Below, piece after piece: positions 60,301 to 64,000 of a DNA stretch of 64,000 nucleotides. The notes beneath the pieces were generated by a model that worked only from the letters and a program-made list of their open reading frames with translations, had not been told where the DNA came from and did not search any database. The first letter of the stretch is position 1. Every line of letters starts with the position of its first letter. The position numbers were made by a program, and so were the translations under genes. The DNA lies in assembly GCA_964016885.1 (NCBI GenBank), contig OZ024743.1:140802001-140866000 (forward strand), in the 5' to 3' direction. This stretch comes from Eledone cirrhosa. Taxonomy: Eukaryota.

Positions 60301-62955
60301 TGTTTGGTGCTTGGTGCTTGGTGCTTGGTGTTTGTACTTGGTGCTTGGTTCTTGGTGTTTGGTTCTTGGTTCTTGGTGTTTGGTACTTGGTGCTTGGTGC
60401 TTGGTGCTTGATGTTTGGTGTTTGGTGGTTGGTGTTTGGTGCTTGGTGCTTGGTGCTTGGTGTTAGGTGTTTGGTGCTTGGTCCTTGGTGTTTGGTGCTT
60501 GGTGTTTGGTGTTTGCTGTCTGCTTTTTGGTGTTTAGTGTTTGCTGTATGGTGTTTGGTGTTTGCTGTTTGGGTTTTTGGTCTTTGGTGCTTGGTGTTTG
60601 GTGCTTGGTGCTTGGTGTTTGGTGTTTGGTGCTTGGTGCTTGGTGTTTGGTGTTATATGCTTGGTGTTTGATGCTTGGTGCTTTGTGCTTGGTGTTTGGT
60701 GTTTGGTGTTTGTACTTGGTGCTTGGTGCTTGGTGCTTGGTGTTTGGTGCTTGGTGTTTGGTGCTTGGTGCTTGGTGCTTGGTGCTTGGTGCTTGGTGTT
60801 TGGTGGTTGGTGTTTGGTGCTTGGTGTTAGGTGTTTGGTGCTTGGTGCTTGGTGTTTGGTGTTTGGTGCTTGGTGTTTGGTGTTTGGTGCTTGGTGTTTG
60901 GTGCTTGGTACTTGGTGCTTGGTGCTTGGTGTTAGGTGTTTGGTGCTTGGTGTTTGGTGCTTGGTGTTTGGTGCTTGGTGCTTGGTGCTTGGTGCTTGGT
61001 GTTTGGTGGTTGGTGTTTAGTGCTTGGTGTTAGTTGTTTGGTGCTTGGTGCTTGGTGTTTCGTGTTTGGTGCTTGGTGTTTGGTGTTTGGTGCTTGGTGT
61101 TTGGTGCTTTTTGCTTGGTGCTTGGTGCTTGGTGTTTGGTGCTTGGTGCTTGGTGTTTGGTGCTGGGTGCTTGGTGTTTGGTGTTTGGTGTTATATGCTT
61201 GGTGTTTGATGCTTGGTGCTTGGTGATTGGTGTTTGGTGTTTGGTGCTTGGTGTTTGATGCTTGGTGCTTGGTGCTTGGTGTTTGGTGCTTGGTGCTTGG
61301 TGTTTGGTGCTTGGTGCTTGGTGTTTGGTGCTTGGTGTTTGGTGCTTGATGTTTGGTGCTTGGTGCTTGGTGCTTGGTGCTTGGTGTTTGGTGGTTGGTG
61401 CTTGGTGCTTGGTGTTAGGTGTTTGGTGCTTGGTGCTTGGTGTTTGGTGTTTGGTGCTTGGTGTTTGGTGTTTGGTGCTTGCTGCTGGCTGCTTGGTGTT
61501 TGGTGCTTGGTGATTGGTGCTTGGTGTTTGGTGCTTGGTGTTTGGTGTTTGGTGCTATGTGCTTGGTGTTTGGTGCTTGGTGCTTGGTGTTTGTACTTGG
61601 TGCTTGGTGCTTGGTTCTTGGTGTTTGGTGCTTGGTGCTTGGTGTTTGGTGCTTGGTGCTTGGTGTTTGGTGCTTGATGTTTGGTGCTTGGTGTTTGGTG
61701 CTTGGTTCTTGGTGCTTGGTGTTTGGTGCTTGGTGTTTGGTGCTTGGTGTTAGGTGTTTGGTGCTTGGTGTTTGGTGCTTGGTACTTGGTGCTTGGTGCT
61801 TGGTGTTAGGTGTTTGGTGCTTGGTGTTTGGTGTCTGGTTTTTGGTGCTTGGTGCTTGGTGTTTGGTGCTTGCTGCTGGCTGCTTGGTGTTTGGTGCTTG
61901 GTGATTGGTGCTTGGTGTTTGGTGCTTGGTGTTTGGTGTTTGGTGCTAGATGCTTGGTGTTTGGTGCTTGGTGCTTTGTGTTTGTACTTGGTGCTTGGTG
62001 CTTGGTTCTTGGTGTTTGGTGCTTGGTGCTTGGTGTTTGGTGCTTGGTGCTTGGTGTTTGGTGCTTGGTGTTTGGTGCTTGGTGCTTGGTGCTTGGTGTT
62101 TGTACTTGGTGCTTGGTGCTTGGTGTTTGGTTCTTGGTTCTTGGTGTTTGGTACTTGGTGCTTGGTGCTTGGTGCTTGATGTTTGGTGTTTGGTGGTTGG
62201 TGTTTGGTGCTTGGTGCTTGGTGCTTGGTGTTAGGTGTTTGGTGCTTGGTCCTTGGTGTTTGGTGCTTGGTGTTTGGTGTTTGCTGTCTGCTTTTTGGTG
62301 TTTAGTGTTTGCTGTATGGTGTTTGGTGTTTGCTGTTTGGTGTTTGGTCTTTGGTGCTTGGTGTTTGGTGCTTGGTGCTTGGTGTTTGGTGTTTGGTGCT
62401 TGGTGCTTGGTGTTTGGTGTTATATGCTTGGTGTTTGATGCTTGGTGCTTGGTGCTTGGTGTTTGGTGTTTGGTGTTTGTACTTGGTGCTTGGTGCTTGG
62501 TGCTTGGTGTTTGGTGCTTGGTGTTTGGTGCTTGGTGCTTGGTGCTTGGTGCTTGGTGCTTGGTGTTTGGTGGTTGGTGTTTGGTGCTTGGTGTTAGGTG
62601 TTTGGTGCTTGCTGCTTGGTGTTTGGTGTTTGGTGCTTGGTGTTTGGTGTTTGGTGCTTGGTGTTTGGTGCTTGGTACTTGGTGCTTGGTGCTTGGTGTT
62701 AGGTGTTTGGTGCTTGGTGTTTGGTGCTTGGTGTTTGGTGCTTGGTGCTTGGTGCTTGGTGCTTGGTGTTTGGTGGTTGGTGTTTGGTGCTTGGTGTTAG
62801 GTGTTTGGTGCTTGGTGCTTGGTGTTTGGTGTTTGGTGCTTGGTGTTTGGTGTTTGGTGCTTGGTGTTTGGTGCTTTTTGCTTGGTGCTTGGTGCTTGGT
62901 GTTTGGTGCTTGGTTCTTGGTGTTTGGTGCTGGGTGCTTGGTGTTTGGTGTTTGG
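57370..62955 (+). repeat. Sub-array B duplication, offset 3340 bp (57370-59615 vs 60710-62955)
   Basis: TTGTAC pairs 57370/60710, 58251/61591, 58642/61982, 58760/62100, 59137/62477; CTGCTTT 58948/62288. 3340 = 478x7 - 7 + 1, which matches the indels counted between the copies. Confidence 0.9.
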
Positions 62956-64000
62956 TGTTTGGTGCTTGGTGTTAGGTGTTTGGTGCTTGGTGCTTGGTGT
63001 TTGGTGTTTGGTGCTTGGTGTTTGGTGTTTGGTGCTTGGTGTTTGGTGCTTGGTACTTGGTGCTTGGTGCTTGGTGTTAGGTGTTTGGTGCTTGGTGTTT
63101 GGTGCTTGGTGTTTGGTGCTTGGTGCTTGGTGCTTGGTGCTTGGTGTTTGGTGGTTGGTGTTTAGTGCTTGGTGTTAGTTGTTTGGTGCTTGGTGCTTGG
63201 TGTTTGGTGTTTGGTGCTTGGTGTTTGGTGTTTGGTGCTTGGTGTTTGGTGCTTTTTGCTTGGTGCTTGGTGCTTGGTGTTTGGTGCTTGGAGCTTGGTG
63301 TTTGGTGCTGGGTGCTTGGTGTTTGGTGTTTGGTGTTATATGCTTGGTGTTTGATGCTTGGTGCTTGGTGCTTGGTGTTTGGTGTTTGGTGCTTGGTGTT
63401 TGATGCTTGGTGCTTGGTGCTTGGTGTTTGGTGCTTGGTGCTTGGTGTTTGGTGCTTGGTGCTTGGTGTTTGGTGCTTGGTGTTTGGTGCTTGATGTTTG
63501 GTGCTTGGTGCTTGGTGCTTGGTGCTTGGTGTTTGGTGGTTGGTGCTTGGTGCTTGGTGTTAGGTGTTTGGTGCTTGGTGCTTGGTGTTTGGTGTTTGGT
63601 GCTTGGTGTTTGGTGTTTGGTGCTTGCTGCTGGCTGCTTGGTGTTTGGTGCTTGGTGATTGGTGCTTGGTGTTTGGTGCTTGGTGTTTGGTGTTTGGTGC
63701 TAGGTGCTTGGTGTTTGGTGCTTGGTGCTTGGTGTTTGTACTTGGTGCTTGGTGCTTGGTTCTTGGTGTTTGGTGCTTGGTGCTTGGTGTTTGGTGCTTG
63801 GTGCTTGGTGTTTGGTGCTTGATGTTTGGTGCTTGGTGTTTGGTGCTTGGTTCTTGGTGCTTGGTGTTTGGTGCTTGGTGTTTGGTGCTTGGTGTTAGGT
63901 GTTTGGTGCTTGGTGTTTGGTGCTTGGTACTTGGTGCTTGGTGCTTGGTGTTAGGTGTTTGGTGCTTGGTGTTTGGTGTCTGGTTTTTGGTGCTTGGTGC
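60810..64000 (+). repeat. Sub-array B duplication, offset 2145 bp (307 units including four 6-mers), running off the window end
   Basis: TAGGTGT 60828/62973; TTGTAC 61591/63736; ORF pairs 60936/63081, 61213/63358, 61262/63407. Confidence 0.88.

Larger units (their letters stand above)
52739..63741 (+). other. Twenty-three copies of the 6-bp deletion unit TTGTAC
   Basis: At 52739, 52990, 53633, 53856, 54863, 55191, 55897, 56085, 56896, 57182, 57370, 58251, 58642, 58760, 59137, 60046, 60332, 60710, 61591, 61982, 62100, 62477 and 63736; mod-7 phase checked at each. Confidence 0.93.
1..64000 (+). repeat. Heptamer satellite array (TTGGTGY)n, about 9,147 units, single orientation, extends beyond both window ends
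   Basis: Seen directly: the window starts TTGGTGC at 1 and ends TTGGTGC at 63994-64000, and every line parses into TTGGTGC/TTGGTGT or units with 1-3 substitutions. Register bookkeeping: 64000 = 7n - 31 (6-mers) + 2 (8-mers), so n = 9147. No reverse-orientation units (GCACCAA/ACACCAA on +) seen. Confidence 0.99.
52141..64000 (+). repeat. Sub-array B: variant set TTTTTGC, TATATGC, TAGGTGC, CTGGTTT, TTGGCGA, 6-mer TTGTAC
   Basis: First TTTTTGC at 52144, first TATATGC at 52235 and first TTGTAC at 52739; all then recur to the window end and were not seen upstream. Confidence 0.88.

Noticed and set aside
109-63898. Hundreds of plus-strand ORFs encoding Trp/Cys/Leu/Val/Gly-rich hydrophobic peptides
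   Set aside because: They are direct translations of (TTGGTGY)n, overlap in all three frames with the same peptide, mostly start at repeat-derived TTG/GTG, and contain no unique domain.
1-64000. CRISPR array or other repeat-spacer system
   Set aside because: There are no unique spacers and no 23-50 bp constant repeat separated by non-repeat sequence; all of the DNA is the same heptamer.
1-64000. Synthetic DNA, an encoded message, or a pure sequencing or rolling-circle artefact
   Set aside because: Rare variants are shared hierarchically among copies with graded divergence and nested duplication junctions, as expected from natural satellite evolution. A concatemer of one template would give one fixed period. 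Local misassembly of the near-identical copies is not excluded.
1-64000. C/T dimorphism explained by CpG methylation-deamination
   Set aside because: The variable C is in a GCTT context, not CpG, and the consensus has no CpG; CpGs arise only in rare variants. CHH methylation cannot be assessed from sequence.

Overview
The whole 64-kb window is one uninterrupted, single-orientation tandem array of the heptamer TTGGTG(C/T) (reverse complement (G/A)CACCAA). It runs off both ends. There is no unique sequence, and I can support no gene, RNA gene, mobile element or CRISPR array; every ORF in the track is a by-product of the repeat. Tracking the 7-bp register by hand gives 9,147 units, assuming no compensating indels. 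The register changes at only 33 places, which reduce to four indel types: a 6-mer TTCTGC (8 copies, 12.6-36.1 kb), a 6-mer TTGTAC (23 copies, 52.7-63.7 kb) and two singleton 8-mers. Rare variant units act as barcodes and reveal three things. (i) There are two sub-arrays with a sharp boundary near 52.0-52.15 kb. (ii) There are kb-scale higher-order repeats (offsets 2331, 2709, 2568, 1168, 3157, 1189, 6914, 1034, 3340 and 2145 bp), all whole numbers of units. (iii) A nested set of very recent duplications at 28.7-43.8 kb can be put in order (3157, then 5725, then 1189 bp) and is flanked on both sides by related, older-looking sequence. This most resembles a eukaryotic satellite (centromeric, pericentromeric or subtelomeric) built from a microsatellite-sized monomer. 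Organism and function cannot be determined from this window.
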